Positions 36,156 to 49,735 are shown, counted from the stretch's first letter. The stretch is DNA of 64,000 bases from Mobula hypostoma (GCF_963921235.1 NC_086097.1:122266001-122330000); one strand, 5' to 3'. Notes: a model not told the origin generated them from the sequence alone. Program-made: numbers and translations.

Positions 36156-39100
36156 GGGAATTACTATTAAAGGGATAGAGCATAAATTGGCCTGTTACGC
36201 GGATGACATTTTGATCTATCTAGGGCAACCAACATACTCTTTGCCTAAATTGATGCAATCCTTTGAACAATATGGCCAATTATCAGGATACAAGATCAAC
36301 ATAGATAAAACCCAACTACTTTCATATAGCCCACCAGAGAAATTGAAAGTAGATATCCTTGGGCATGGCAAACAGAGTCTGTCAAATATTTGGGTATCAT
36401 TACGCCAAAAGATTTGGCAAAATTATCAGAATGCAATTATCAGCCTATATATAAAAAAATTAAGGAAGATATAACAAAATGGAACCTAATTCCTTTCCTT
36501 GGTCTTAGTTCAAGGATTGAATCTATTAAAATGAATATACTGCCCAGACTACTATATCTCTTTCAGACCCTACCAATAGAGATTAACCAAAATCAATTCA
36601 ATGAATGGAACAAGATGCTATCAAGTTATATATGGCAAGGTAAAAGGCCTAGGGTTCGTCTGAAAACTTTGCAATTAACCAAGGAAAAGGGGGGATGGGG
36701 CCTACTTTCTCTTGGAGATTATTATTTTGCAGCACAGTTGAGAGCTCTAATATGCTGGTGCAACCCATCATATGACGCTCAATAGAAAAACATTGAGGAG
36801 AGGATACTTGTGCCAGTGCTGAAGCATTCCACTGCCATGGGCCTGAATAACTTCCGTCCAGTAGCACTCACCCCCATCATTGCAAAGTGCTTTGACAGAC
36901 TGGTTCTATCACATCTGAAATCCTGTCTGCCCTCTACCCTGGACCCCCATCAATTTGCCTGTTGCACCAACAGGTCAACAGAGGATGCCATCTCCACGGC
37001 ACTTCACTCTGCCCTGACCCACCTGGATAGCCCCAACTCTTATGTCAGAATGCTGTTCATTGACTTTAGTTCGCCATTCAATACTGTGATCTCCTCCAAG
37101 CTGATCACCAAACTTCGCCAGCTTGGTATCAGCTCATCCCTCTGCAATTGAACTTTGGACTTTCTGACTAACAGACCCCAATCAGTTAAGTTAGACAACC
37201 TCTCCTCCTCCACTCTCACCCTGAACACCGGCGTGCCTCAAGACTGTGTGCTGAGCCCTCTTCTGTACTCCCTTTTCACCTATGACTGCGTTCCTGTAAG
37301 TGGTTCTACCTCCATAATCAAGTTCGCAGACGACACCACGGTAGTTGGTCTGATCAGAGGGGATGACGAGATGCCTAGAGGGACGAGGTCCAGCTCCTGG
37401 CCGCGTGGTGTGCCAACAACTATCTGGCCCTTAACACCCAGAAGACCAAGGAGATCATTGTGGACTTCAGGCATGCTAGGAGTCACACTCACGTCCCCAT
37501 CTACATCAACGGAACTGAGGTGGAGCGTGTATCAAGCTTCAAATTCCTTGGTGTCCACATTTCCGAAGATCTCACGTGGTCCCTGAACTCCTCCATTCTG
37601 GTCAAAAAGGCTCAACAGTGCCTTTATTTCCTGCGGAGCATGAAGAAAGCTCACCTCTGTCCCAGGATACTGACAGTCTTTTACCGCTGTACCATTGAGA
37701 GCATACTCACCAACTGCATCTCAGTGTGGTATGGCAATTGTCCTGTATCGGACTGCAAAGCACTCCAGCGTGTGGTGAAAACTGCCAGCGGATTATCAGC
37801 ACCCAATTGCCCACCATTGGGAACATCTACCATAAACGCTGCCTGGGCAGGGTGAGGAGCATTATCAGGGATGCATCTCACATGGACTTTTTATTCTCCT
37901 CCCATCTGGTAGGATCTACAGGAGCCTCCACTCCCGCACCAGCAGGCACAGGAAGAGCTTCTTCCCTGAGGCTGTGACCCTGCTGAACCTCACATCACAG
38001 CGCTAAGCAGTATTGCACCCATATTGTACTGTCTCAGTACTTTTATATTTGTGTGCTGTAGCACATTTTTTATTCTCAGTTATTTTGTAAATAACACTAT
38101 TCTTTGCATTTCTGGTCAGATGCTAAATGCATTTCATTGGCTTTGTATCTGTACTCCACACAATGACAATGAAGTTGAATCTAATCTAATCTAACCTAAA
38201 TACTTTCCATCCCCATGCAGGCAATTTTGGCTGATAACAACCTACAAAGTTACATAAATACTATTGATAACCCATGGGTGAAATGGACTCTTAAGATATG
38301 GAAAACTATTGTAAAAGAATATAAACTAGAGAGAGACATTGCAATTCTTAAATGGTGTGCATATGACTCAGATTTTACGCTGAATAAACTGGATGCTAGA
38401 TTTAAGGACTGGACAGCTATTTGCAATATAATGAAAGAATATTGCTGTTCAGTTTTGGAATGCTCAAAGAGAAACACTTATTAAAAAAACAAGACTATTA
38501 CCAGCATTTACAGATGCAACAATATATTAATAGGACGGTTAAAAATGTAACCAAGGCAAGTACATGTCTGATAGAGCTATTTAGAAAAGCATATAATTCA
38601 GACCACAGTAGTAGAATCATTTCAAGCGTGTATAAGGGTTTGTCAAATCTTAAAACACATTTGACTTCATACATTAAAACAAAATGGGAGAAAGAAGGAG
38701 GGATAATAATATCTGAGGAAGACTGGTCAATTCAATGGAGGTATCAATGGAAGTGTACCAGTTCACAGAAATAGAGGGAGATCGGGGGAAAAACCGATCG
38801 GGTGGATATTTTATTACACCCTCTCAGAAATCCCATTATGATAGTAACCTCCCTGTTTGCTGGAGAAATGGTGGAAGTCAAAATGCAAACCATTATTATA
38901 TTTTCTGGGAGTGTCCCATTATCAAGGACTATTGGAGTGGGATACCTAAAGCCCTACAAGACATCTTTAAATGTGAAATACCCTTAGAGAGTAAGACCAT
39001 ATATTTTGGCCTCAAGAATGGTTGAAAAGAGATAAATATTTAATTAATATACTGCTGGTGGCTGGTAAAAAGACCCTTACCAGGAAATGGTTATCACAGG

Positions 39101-39487
39101 AGAGCCCTGCTTTAAATGTATGGATGAAAATTACAATGGACGTTTACAAAATGGAGAAGATAACAGCATCTGTTAATCATAAGTTGGAACAATTTGATTC
39201 ATACTGGGAAAATGGTTTAACTAAACAACACCTCATAGGCCTGATTTTATTCTCATAAGTCAATGAATATGTTGTAAAAAAAAATCACTCCCTACTTTGT
39301 ACATAGTTTTCTTCTTTCGATTGTTCTTTCTTTCTTCTCCTTTCTATAAGTGTATACCTCAGATAAATATTATGTGGAGATTTGGGACAAATATGATTAT
39401 ATGATATATATGCACAGCATCTGAAATACATCTTATGGAAATGTTTGTTTGATGATGAACTTCAAAAAAAATAAATTACAAAAAATA
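36156..39487 (+). mobile_element. L1-clade LINE, 5'-truncated ORF2 + 3' UTR, inserted in a CR1 fragment
   Basis: HKLACYADDILIYL..SGYKINIDKT, RIESIKMNILPRLLYLFQ, KEKGGWGL, CWRNGG..HYYIFWECP; A-rich tail; TSD AGCTGGGACAT (36145-36155) / AGTTGGGACAT (39488-39498). Confidence 0.92.
36810..38199 (+). mobile_element. Rex1/Babar LINE (RT domain), fairly young, inserted in the L1
   Basis: [60 protein letters not shown]; (AATCT)n tail; TSD ATACTT (36804-36809, 38200-38205). Confidence 0.93.
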
Positions 39488-41501
39488 AGTTGGGACATCA
39501 TGTTGCATCTATTAAAAACATTGGTTAGTCTGCACTTAAAAATATTGGTTCCCATCCTGTTATCACATAAGGGGATGCGATAGCAACAGAGAGAGAGTGC
39601 AGAAGAGAATCACCAATATGTTGCCTGGGGTGGAAGGCTGTAGATACATAGTTTGAGTATATTCTCACTGTAATATAGAATATGGGTGGGGGTGAGGGGT
39701 GGCCCTAATTCATTAATTTTTGAAATTATGATGGGCAGAAGTTGGATAGATACTTTAGCTTTATTGTCACGGAGTCTAGAACCAGAGGACACAAGTTTAA
39801 GGTGAAAGCAGTAGCGACTATTTGGGATGAGCTGCAGAGCAGATACAACACAATATTCAAAAGGCACTTGGGTGATACATAGGAGAGGTTTAGCGGGAGT
39901 GGCTTGGAAGAGATGAGCTGAAATGGCTTTTTTCTATGCTGTACAATTCTGCAGCAGATCTACTAGCTGTGTATGTCACAACCCCAGTGACTTCTGTTAA
40001 GACATGTCCTAGAGTACCATTTGTGTGGAATTTGCACATTCTCCCAGTGACTACCAAGTGCCCTCCGTGTCTTCAGGTTTCCCCCTATTTTCCAGAAGAT
40101 ATTTGCATTGATGGGTGAACTGGCAATGGGAGATTGCCCCTAGTGTATAGGGTGTGGTAGAATCTAGAGGAGGGGGAATTGATGAGAATGAGGGGAGGAT
40201 AAAAATGAATTTGTGCAGGATCAAAGCAAATGAGTAATTGCCAGTCTTTGGGCACGTCACCAGGTTCAGGAACAGTTATTACCCTTCAACCATCAGGCTC
40301 CTGAACCAGTGTGGGTAACGTCACTCACCTCAACTCTGAACTAATTCTACAGCCTATGAACTCCCTTTCAATGGCTCTACAACTCATACGTTCTCAGCAT
40401 TATTTATTTACTTATTTTTTTGCACAGTGGTTGATTGTCAGTCTTTGTGCATAGTTTTTCATTGATTCTATTGTACTTCTTTGTTCTCTTGCGAATCCCT
40501 GCAAGAAAATGTATCTCATTGTAGTATATAGCGACATATATGAAGACTGATAATAAATTGACTTTGAACTGTGGATTCTAAACTAAACGGCATACATTTG
40601 TACTATGATAAGAACAATGGATATCTTCGAACATAAACTCAGTCAGTGTATTGCTATTGTATTTAAGATCTTGGCATGGCAAAAGTCTAACATTTGCCAA
40701 TATAATTTTAAAAACTGTACTCAAATAAAAAAGACCATTCCTTTTACTTGATTAGCATATTGCCCTAAATTAATGAATTGTCTAATGCAAGTAAATTTCC
40801 CAGGAGGACCTAAGTCTAGAGTGCATAATCACTGATAATTCAACATTAATTAGCACCAATTTGGCATCCCCAATCAGAGGGGCCATAAGGATGTCAATCA
40901 AAGGATGATTCTGTGCCTTTTATAATGTGCCATGAGCGAGAGTTTAAACTCCAAAGGGATGTCCTTGAACATACAAAATGGTTTTCATTTAGTGAAATCA
41001 GTGGTAACGCTCAAAGAGACAGGCTGTGTCGAACTGGAATGTCAGCCCTCATGAGGCGCTTGGAAACAGTGCAGCCTGAGGTTTTGCCTCCTGGCAATAA
41101 TCCAACAGAAACATAGCAGTCTTAGTGTCTGTTCACGGGTCCATGTTAACAACAGTTCACCTTCAGCTGGGGGTGGGGGGGGGCGATGGGGGGTGGATTC
41201 CTGGCAGATGAAAAGAACTGCAAAATGGGTATATATGCCAAAGAAATCAGATTTTAAAATGCCTCCATGCTTGTCAGAACCAATTGATTTCTTAATGATT
41301 AATTATATAGCTTATGATCCACATATAATTTAACAAAGCTTATGTATAGTAGCTATTCTGAAGCTTACAATATAGAGCACGTCGGCACAATACAGACCCT
41401 TTGGCCCATGATGTTGTGCCAACCTTTAAACTACTCTATGGTCAATATAACCCTTCCCTCCTACATAGCCCTGCATTCTCCTTTCATCCATATGCCTATC
41501 T

Positions 41502-42240
41502 CAGACATCCTACCTCTCCCGGAAGTTCCGGGTGTTTCCCGCATATTAATAGTGGCTCCCTGATGCCCGCAAATTATATACAATATCACGGAAATCAATT
41601 TTTTGAGAGCGAGGGAGAGAAAGCAAGAGAGGGCGGGACAAGAGAGAGTGCGCGCGAGAGAGCGAGTGAGAGAGAAAGCAAGCGAGAGAGCACGAGCGAG
41701 AGAGAGCGAGTGACAGAGAAAGCGAGAGAGCACGAGCGAGAGCGAGCAAGAGAGAAAGCAAGTGAGAGAGAGCGAGCGAGAGAGAAAGCAAGTGAGAGAG
41801 AAAGCAAGTGAGAGAGAGCGAGCGAGAGAGAAAGCAAGTGAGAGCGCTTGAGAGCGCGTGAGCGACCACGAGAGAGAGTGAGCGCGCAAGCGAGAGCGCG
41901 CCATGGCAGAGTGTTCCAAAAAAAATATAGAACGTACATCACCCCAGACTACACTAAAGTGTACCGCTGCCTAATAGGGGTCAAAATAATGACAGTGTTG
42001 CTCGCTGCGCTGTTTGCAACAGTGACTTTTCTGTTGCCCATGGTGGGTTAAGATGTAAAAAAAATGTTGAGGTGAGTTTAACAGGTGTCATTTGTTCATT
42101 AGTATAGCTAATGTTATTTAAACTAGCTGGCTAGCTGCTAAGGAGCTATTCTATTGCAGACATCCCACCTCTCCTGGAAGTCTCCCGCAAATTGATGGTG
42201 CTACCTCCCTGAAATGAGTTTTTGCAGGGTGGGATATCTG
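41502..42240 (+). mobile_element. hAT-like 6-bp-TSD element, copy 2
   Basis: TIRs CAGACATCCTACC / GGTGGGATATCTG; exact TSD CTATCT; ~300-bp GA-rich tract; inserted in a CR1 3' end. Confidence 0.92.
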
Positions 42241-44689
42241 CTATCTAAGAGTTTCTTAAATGTCCCTAATGCATCTGCCTCCACCACCACCTCGGGCAGG
42301 GCATTCCATGCACCCTGTGTAAAAACTTACTCTGTCATTCACCCCAGTCTTTCCTCCAGCAGGCAACATATTGTCCCCTACCTGCCACAAAACACACATA
42401 TGGACAATGAAGGAAAGAATAATTTAAGAATATTTTTACTTCCAGCTTTTCCTTAAGCCTTGAGCTAGGACAAGCAGCCAATTTTGCTCTTGTGGCCACT
42501 GCTGTGAGATACACAAGGACCAACATTCAATATTCAAAGATCAAGGCAAATTTTGTTATCGAAATCCATGTATTACGGGGAACAGCTTCCTGCCAGTCTC
42601 CAACATGGCAGAAAGGTTCTGGCCTTGGTGGGTAAATGCTGTAATATCATGCAGCCCATGGGTGTGTTAGTTGTTGACACAAAAGAGGCATTTCATTGTA
42701 TGATTTCTGATCAAATGATGTCAGTGTATGTTTCGACGTACATGTGATAAGTGAAGTTCAATCTTTAATCTTGAATCTTGAGATCACCTTGTTTTGTGCT
42801 TACTCACAGTAATCCTATTCTCTTATACTGATTCTCTCTACATTACCATCTACTCCATCCCAGCGTTACCATTCTGCCACGCACCAGGGACAATTTGTAG
42901 AGTTCCATTATCCTACCAATCTGCATGTTCCAGGGAACCCAGACTGCCTGATGAAATCTAATGCAGTCACAGAGAGAGGGTAGACTCTATATAGTGAGTG
43001 CAGGAGCTCATAACTGAGGGCAGGCCAGTGACACTGTAAGTCAGAAGCTCTACCAACTATGGCATTATGCCACCCCAGTCCTTCAGGACATCATAGGGGA
43101 AGAATCCTTGCTTTGTTAAACACAAATATATGATGTTTAAGCAAAATAAGGAGCCAGCAAATGCCCTGATGGAGAGTCTCAGCCAGAAAAGTTGACTACT
43201 TATTCCCCTTCATAGATGCTGCCTGACCTGCTGAGTTCCCCCAGTGCCTTGTGTATGTTGCTCTCAATTTCCAGCATCTGCAGAGACTCTTATGTTTAGC
43301 AAATGCAATTATCCTTTCTCCAGTGCAACCTATAAATGATTTATGCAGGCACTGTTCAAACAAGGTTTATTCAACACTCTTAACTAATACAAATGCTCAA
43401 AGACAGAAAAATGATTTAACCCTTTAATTCGCTCTCTCACTCATCTCACGTTTGTATCAAGTTATCCAAAGAAGATTTTTTTTTTTAAATTGTTCATCAC
43501 ATTCTTCTGAATTTCAGTGTCCTGTTTTGTGTTTAACAGAGCAAGGTATCGATCTCCCTCCACTGATGAGGTCAACGGGATATATTTTGAAGGTGAGTGG
43601 AGGAAAGTGTAGGGAGATGTCAGAGGTAAATTTTTTTTACATAGAGAGCGGTGGGTGTGTAGAACACCCTGGCAGGGGTGGTGGTAGAGGCAGATACATT
43701 AGGGGTATTTAAGAAACCCTTGGATAGGCATATGTATGATAGAGAAATGAAGAGCTATGTAGGAGGAAAGGGTTAGATTGATCTTAGAGAGGCTTAAAAA
43801 GTCATCACAACATCAGTGGCCGAAGGGTCTGTACAATGTGGTAATGCTCTATTTTGTATGTTTTTTGTTCTTTGTAACCAATAGAGTGAAGCAACATAAA
43901 TGTGAGGGAAGCAACAGATGCACAGCGAGATGTGACAAAACCACACAGTTCAACATTTTTAACATAATCACCATCTTACACAACAGTTGCTCCAAGCACA
44001 AATCTGTTCCCTGCAATCAAATGCTTCACAGTTTTACACAGAGTTCATCACACAGAAACAGAAATGGTCACCCCAAAATGATTACCATGAAGTCTCCTCT
44101 CCAGTCACAGCCCCTCCCATCATTCTCCAATCAACACATTATTCTGCCCCCTTACTTCACTGTCCATTTCTGCGGCTTCTTTTAAATGTCTCAGTATTGT
44201 CAAATAGTCCACAAGATCCTAATCTCAGAGTCAAACTAAAATTTATTATCAAAGTACATATATGTACTTTGAGATTCATTTTCTTGCACTCACAGGAAAA
44301 TAAATACAATCAAATTGATTAAAAAATCCCATACATAAAAGACTGACAAAAAACTATGCAGAAGAAGACATATTGTGCAAATAAAAATAATATTACGAAC
44401 ATGAGTCGTAAAGAGTCCTGTTGTTTGATCCAATATCTCAAAAGTGTTTTTAAGCAGCTGAGCTAAACTATCAGTGACTGCAATCAGCATCCCAGGTGAT
44501 GAAGCTACAAATGAAAGACATTCTCCTGCCATTCAGCCAACCTTTCCTTCTGATCTTCATCTGAAAGGAACATGTGGAGAATATTCATGAACATATGAAT
44601 GACTGGAAGATGTAATCATTCGGAATGTTACAGTAAAGGATTTTTTTAAATGTAGATTTTTGAAATTTAAAATATAAAGGCAACCTACG

Positions 44690-45570
44690 GACTCACTTTC
44701 AATAATTCTGAACTGATTCTACAAATACAGACTGAGTCTATAGGTGGTGACGTCAGTTCCAAGTCGAGGTGAGTGAAGTTCTCCACACCTGTCAGGGAGC
44801 CTGATGGTTGCAGGTTAATAACTGTCCCTGAACTTGGTGGTGTGGGGCCTAGGACTTCTGTACCTCTGGTCCGATAGCAGTAACAAGAAGAGGGCACGGC
44901 CTGGATGTCGGGGATCATTGATGTTAGATGCAATGGCCCATGTGAATATGCTCAATGGTGGGAGGGGGGCTTTGCCTGTGATGTACTTGGCTGTATCCAC
45001 CACTATATGTAGTCTTTTCCATTCCTGGGTAATGGAGTCTCCAAACTAAGCCATGATGCAAGCAGTTAGGATATTCTCTGCTCTGCACCTGTCGGAGTTT
45101 ATCAAAGTTTTTGGTGATATGTTGAATCTACTGTGTGCAATTTTTTAAAAAAAATTATCGAGAGATGCAGAGCCAGCACCCACCTATTTTACCTTAGCCT
45201 AATTACAAGCCAAATTAGAAGTTGTGCTTTCTTTGTAATGGCACGCGTGCTGGTCCCAGGGTTGATCCTCAGATGTGATAATGCCAAGGAATTTAAAGCT
45301 ACTGACCCTCTCCACCTCTGATTCCTGAATGAGGAGCAGCTCAGGGACCTCCGACTCTTCCCCCTGTAGTCAATAATCAGCTCTTTGCTTTTACCAATGC
45401 TGAGTGTGAGGTTGCTGGTGTGGCACCACTCAACAAGATCTTCATCTTCCCTCCTAAATGCTGATTCGTCATCACCTTTTATTTGGCCCACAACAGCGGG
45501 GTCACCAGCAAACTTAAATACGACACAGGAGCTGTACTTAGCGTCACAATCATAGATATACAGTCATTAA
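44690..45570 (-). mobile_element. Rex1/Babar LINE fragment
   Basis: GQIKGDDESAFRRE..LVEWCHTSNLTLSIGKSKELIIDYR; DPRHPGRALF. Confidence 0.8.
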
Positions 45571-46409
45571 AGCAGTCTGGATGTAGAGGTCATTTGCAAC
45601 TTGGGACTTATGTTCACTAAAGTTTTAACTCTACTCCCACTTAAAGGATCATGAACATAATTTTGCATTAAGTGATTATGCTCTCCTCAATGCATTAGGC
45701 CATGCTCCACAGACTTGAGGGTGAAACCAGTTATTTGGAATTAAATAGCAATGTGAAGCACACACAAAAGCCAGTTTTTTGAAAATGCTTTTTTTTGTAT
45801 TTATAATTTAAAGATTAAAAGCAAGACATCAGCACACACAGACATCAGACAACTCCAAAGACTGCCAGTCAGCAGTGGTTTTTTGAGCGGAAACAAGATC
45901 CTAGACGGCTATTTTTCTCCCTTCCCAGTGATTGCAGATACCTGCTATTGGCTAAACTGGACAGTGTTAGAAAATGGCCACTTGGATCACTGAACTCTGA
46001 ATGAGAAAGCGCTTGCCATTACTGAAACTCTGTGCGCTGTCAGACTAAGTCTATTGTATGTGACAATACAGTCATACTTAATTATTCTCCTCAGACTGCA
46101 TCTTGCCATCTCTTTGTTGCCGCATGACATGCATCAGTGATATTAGACTTGATTCCGATTCTGATTCTTCTGATTCTTAAGATACAGATGGTGTAAGCGA
46201 ATGCCTCATTAACACCACTCTCTCCTATTGTTATCATACATGAGGGATATCAGCCAGAAACTTATTTTCTGCTCCATCATGCCTTGGTGGGGGGCGGAGG
46301 TGATGAGTGACCATCAGAAGGTTTACTAGCTGCTTATTTCTTGACTGCATGTAATGCAACACTGCTAGGACATAGGACCTGATGCAGGAGTACAGAGGGA
46401 TGCAAGGAC

Positions 46410-46810
46410 TCACTCTAGTTCTGTACTTGATGAGGTTCAGAAGAATGAGGGGAGAACTCATTGAAACCTACCAGATAATGAAAGGCCTTGATGGAATGGA
46501 TGTGCACAGGATGTTTACATTAGCAGCAGAGTCTAGGATCCAGGGCACAGCTTCAGAATAAAGGGACATCCCTTTACAATTGAGATGTGAAGGAATTTCT
46601 TCAGCCTGAAGCTGTGGAATTCATTGCCACGGAGGGCTGTGGAGGTCAAGTCACTGGGTGCGTTTAAAGCAGAGATTGAAAAGTTCTTGATTGTCAAGGA
46701 GGTTAAGGGTTGTGGCGAGAAGCTTGGGGAAAAGGGTTGAAAGAATTCGGTCAGTTTGAGTGACAGAGCAGACTTGGCAGGTCAAATGATTCTACAGCTT
46801 ACGCTCTTAT
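46410..46810 (+). mobile_element. CR1 LINE 3' fragment
   Basis: AGAAGAATGAGGGGAGAACTCATTGAAACCTAC..TGGAATTCATTGCCAC, typical CR1 3' end. Confidence 0.75.
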
Positions 46811-47021
46811 ACGCGACAACAACCAAAAGACGGTATCTCCAAAGGGATACCCCTCCAGGCACCATAACATGAGCTGTTGTTCAAGAATGTAAATATGATT
46901 ATGAAATTAAATCTCTATTATAGGCCACTCAGTACCTAAAGGGAATTCATTGTTTCAGTCAATCAGTAGTAATTGATCAACAAATGTCAGCAGCCAGGGG
47001 AAGAATGTCAGTTTGCAGGTG

Positions 47022-47543
47022 CAGACATCCCACCTCTCCGGGAAGTTCCGGGAGTCTCCCGCATATTAATACTGGCTCCCTAATGCCCGCAGATTATATA
47101 CAATGTCCCAGAAATCAATTTTTTAGAGAGCGAGCGACAGCGCGAGAGCGACCACGAGAGAGAGAGAGAGAGCGCGAGCGAGAGCGTGCCATTGCAGAGT
47201 GTTCCAAAAAAAGAAAATATAAAACGTACATCACCCCAGACTACATTAAAGTGTACCCCTGCCTAATAGGGGTCAAAAATAATGACAGTGTTGCTCGCTG
47301 CACTGTTTGCAACAGTGACTTTTCTATTGCCCATGGTGGGTTAAGACTGTAAAAGACATGTTGAGGTGAGTTTATCAGGTGTCATTCGTTCATTAGCATA
47401 GCTAACATTATTTAAACTAGCTGGCTAGCTGCTAAGGAGCTACTCTACTGCAGACATCCCACCTCTCCCGGAAGTTCCAGGAGTCTTCCGCAAATTGATG
47501 GTGCTACCTCCCTGAAATGAGTTTTTGCCGGGTGGGATGTCTG
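47022..47543 (+). mobile_element. hAT-like 6-bp-TSD element, copy 3
   Basis: Perfect 13-bp TIRs; exact TSD CAGGTG (47016-47021, 47544-47549). Confidence 0.93.
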
Positions 47544-47878
47544 CAGGTGCGCCAGCATGGCCTTTCCCGACAGCTACATGAGCGGAGAAGAACTTTTCCC
47601 CTAACTTGGTAACACAAGGATACAAGGATTTTGCCGGGATGTGAGGATCTCGGAATACAGACACTTTATTCCTTGAATGAGCCATCACAGGTAGATAGGG
47701 TTGTAAACAGAGCTTTTGACACCTTGGCCTTCATAAATCGAAGTACTGCATATAGAAATTGTGATGTTATGTTGAACAAGTATAAGACATTGGTAAGGAA
47801 ACCTTTTTGGCACACTGGTGTTCATAAATCAAAATACTGAGTACAGGAGATGGAATGTTATGTTGAAGTTGTATAAGA

Positions 47879-48635
47879 CAGCGGTCCCCGACCACCAGGC
47901 CGCAAAGCATGCGCTACCGGGTAGCAAGGAAACAATATGATTTGGCGATATGAGTCAGCTGCACCTTTCCTCATTCCCTGTCACACCCAATATTGAGCTT
48001 GAACGCATGCGAGGTCATCCATGACAGCGCGGGAAGGAGATCAACTCCTCGAGCTTGCAAATGACGGCGGGCTGAAAAGTATGTTTGACATAACATCTCT
48101 GCCGGCATTCTGAATCAAAGTCAAGGCTAGATATCCTGAGATAGCCACGAAAGCATTGAAAACGTTGCTTCCATTTCCAACATATCTCTGCAAAGCAGGG
48201 TTTTCTGCAATGAATACAATGAAAAAATGAAAACTAAATTGCGAAATAGACTGGACATAAGGAACCCCCTTCGAGTATTGCTGTCTCCTATCACCCCTCG
48301 ATGGGACTGTCTTATTGCAGGGAAACAAACCCAGGCCTCCCACTGATTCAGCAATATTGGTGTGTTGCAATGATTTTATATGTTCATACGGGGAAAATAT
48401 GTGCTGCATGTTTAATATCCAAACTTTACTTAAAACATTATGATGACTTATAATTGACTTATCACTATATTCATGCGAGGAAAATATGCGTTGTGTTTAA
48501 TATTAAATTCATTAGATAAACCCTTATAGAAATGAAATTGAGTGTATTAGCCACTTATTACCTACATTGCAGACGGGATTAGTACCACCACACCCCCCCA
48601 GAACAGAATCGCCAAAAACGGTTTGTAGAAAAAAG
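47879..48635 (+). mobile_element. Charlie-type hAT non-autonomous element, one end missing
   Basis: Starts CAGCGGTCCCCGACC; reverse-complement homologue of 51220-51963 including the dimerisation-domain remnant. Confidence 0.85.
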
Positions 48636-48815
48636 TTCGGCTTTTCCCACTGAGGTTGGGTGAGACTAGAACTAGAAGTCAAAGGTTAAGAGTGAAATGT
48701 GAGATATTTTGGAGGAGTCTGATGCTAAACTTCTTCACTCAGAGGGTGGTGAGAATGTGGAACAAGCTGCCAGCAGAAGTGATGGATGCAGGTTTAATTT
48801 CAACATTTAAGAGAA

Positions 48816-48972
48816 GTCAGAATCGGAATCAGAATCAGAATTAGGTTTAGTATCACCGGTATGTGTTGTATAAATTTGTTAACTTAGCGGCAGTACAACA
48901 TAATACATGGTAATACAGGAAAAATAAATAAATCAGTAGATTTACAGTAAATATATATGTCAATTACAGTAA

Positions 48973-49010
<38 letters not shown>

Positions 49011-49735
49011 AATAAATAATTACATTAAAGATAGTGCAAAAACAGAAATAATAAAATTGGGGTAGTGTTTATGGGTTCCATGTCCATTTAGGGTTTGGGT
49101 GGATCACTGAGTGTGTGCCTTCAGGCTTCTGTACCTCCTTCCTGATGGTAACAATGAGAAGAGGGCAAGTCCTGGATGATGGGAGTCCTTAATAATGGAT
49201 GCCATCTTTCCGAGGCACCGCTCCTTGAAGATGTCTTGGATACTATGGAGGCTAGTACCCAAAATGGTGCAGACTTATTTTACAACTTTCTGTAGCTTCT
49301 TTCAATCCTATGCAGTAGACCACCTACCCCGCATACCAGACAGTAATGCAGCCTGTCAGAATGCTCTCCACGTACATCTGAAGATGTTTTTGAGTCTTTT
49401 AGGTGACAAACTAAATTTCCTCAAACTCCTAATGAAATGTAGCCACTGCCTTGCCTCCTTTATAGCTGCATCAATATGTTGGGACCAGGTTAGATCCTCT
49501 GCGATCTTGACACACAGGAACCTGATATTGCTCACTCTCTCCACTTCTGATCCCTCTATGAGGGATTGGTTTGTGATCTCTTGTCCTACTTTTTCTGAAG
49601 TCCACAATCAGCTCTTTGGTCTTACGGACATTGAGTGCAAGGTTGTTGCTGCGACGCCTCTCAACTAGCTGATTTCTCTCACTCCTGTACACCCTCTCAT
49701 CTCCATCTGAGATTCGGCCATCAATGGTTGGCGGC
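48816..49735 (-). mobile_element. Rex1/Babar LINE 3' fragment (contains (GT)n at ~48980-49009) inserted in an old CR1 end
   Basis: GRISDGDERVYRSE..NNLALNVRKTKELIVDFRK, EDLTWSQHI; (TGATTC)n tail. Confidence 0.85.

Noticed and set aside
41401..41942. Long RE/SL-rich ORFs (also 63273-63734 and 59694-60108)
   Set aside because: Translations of GA/TC low-complexity tracts that lack stop codons
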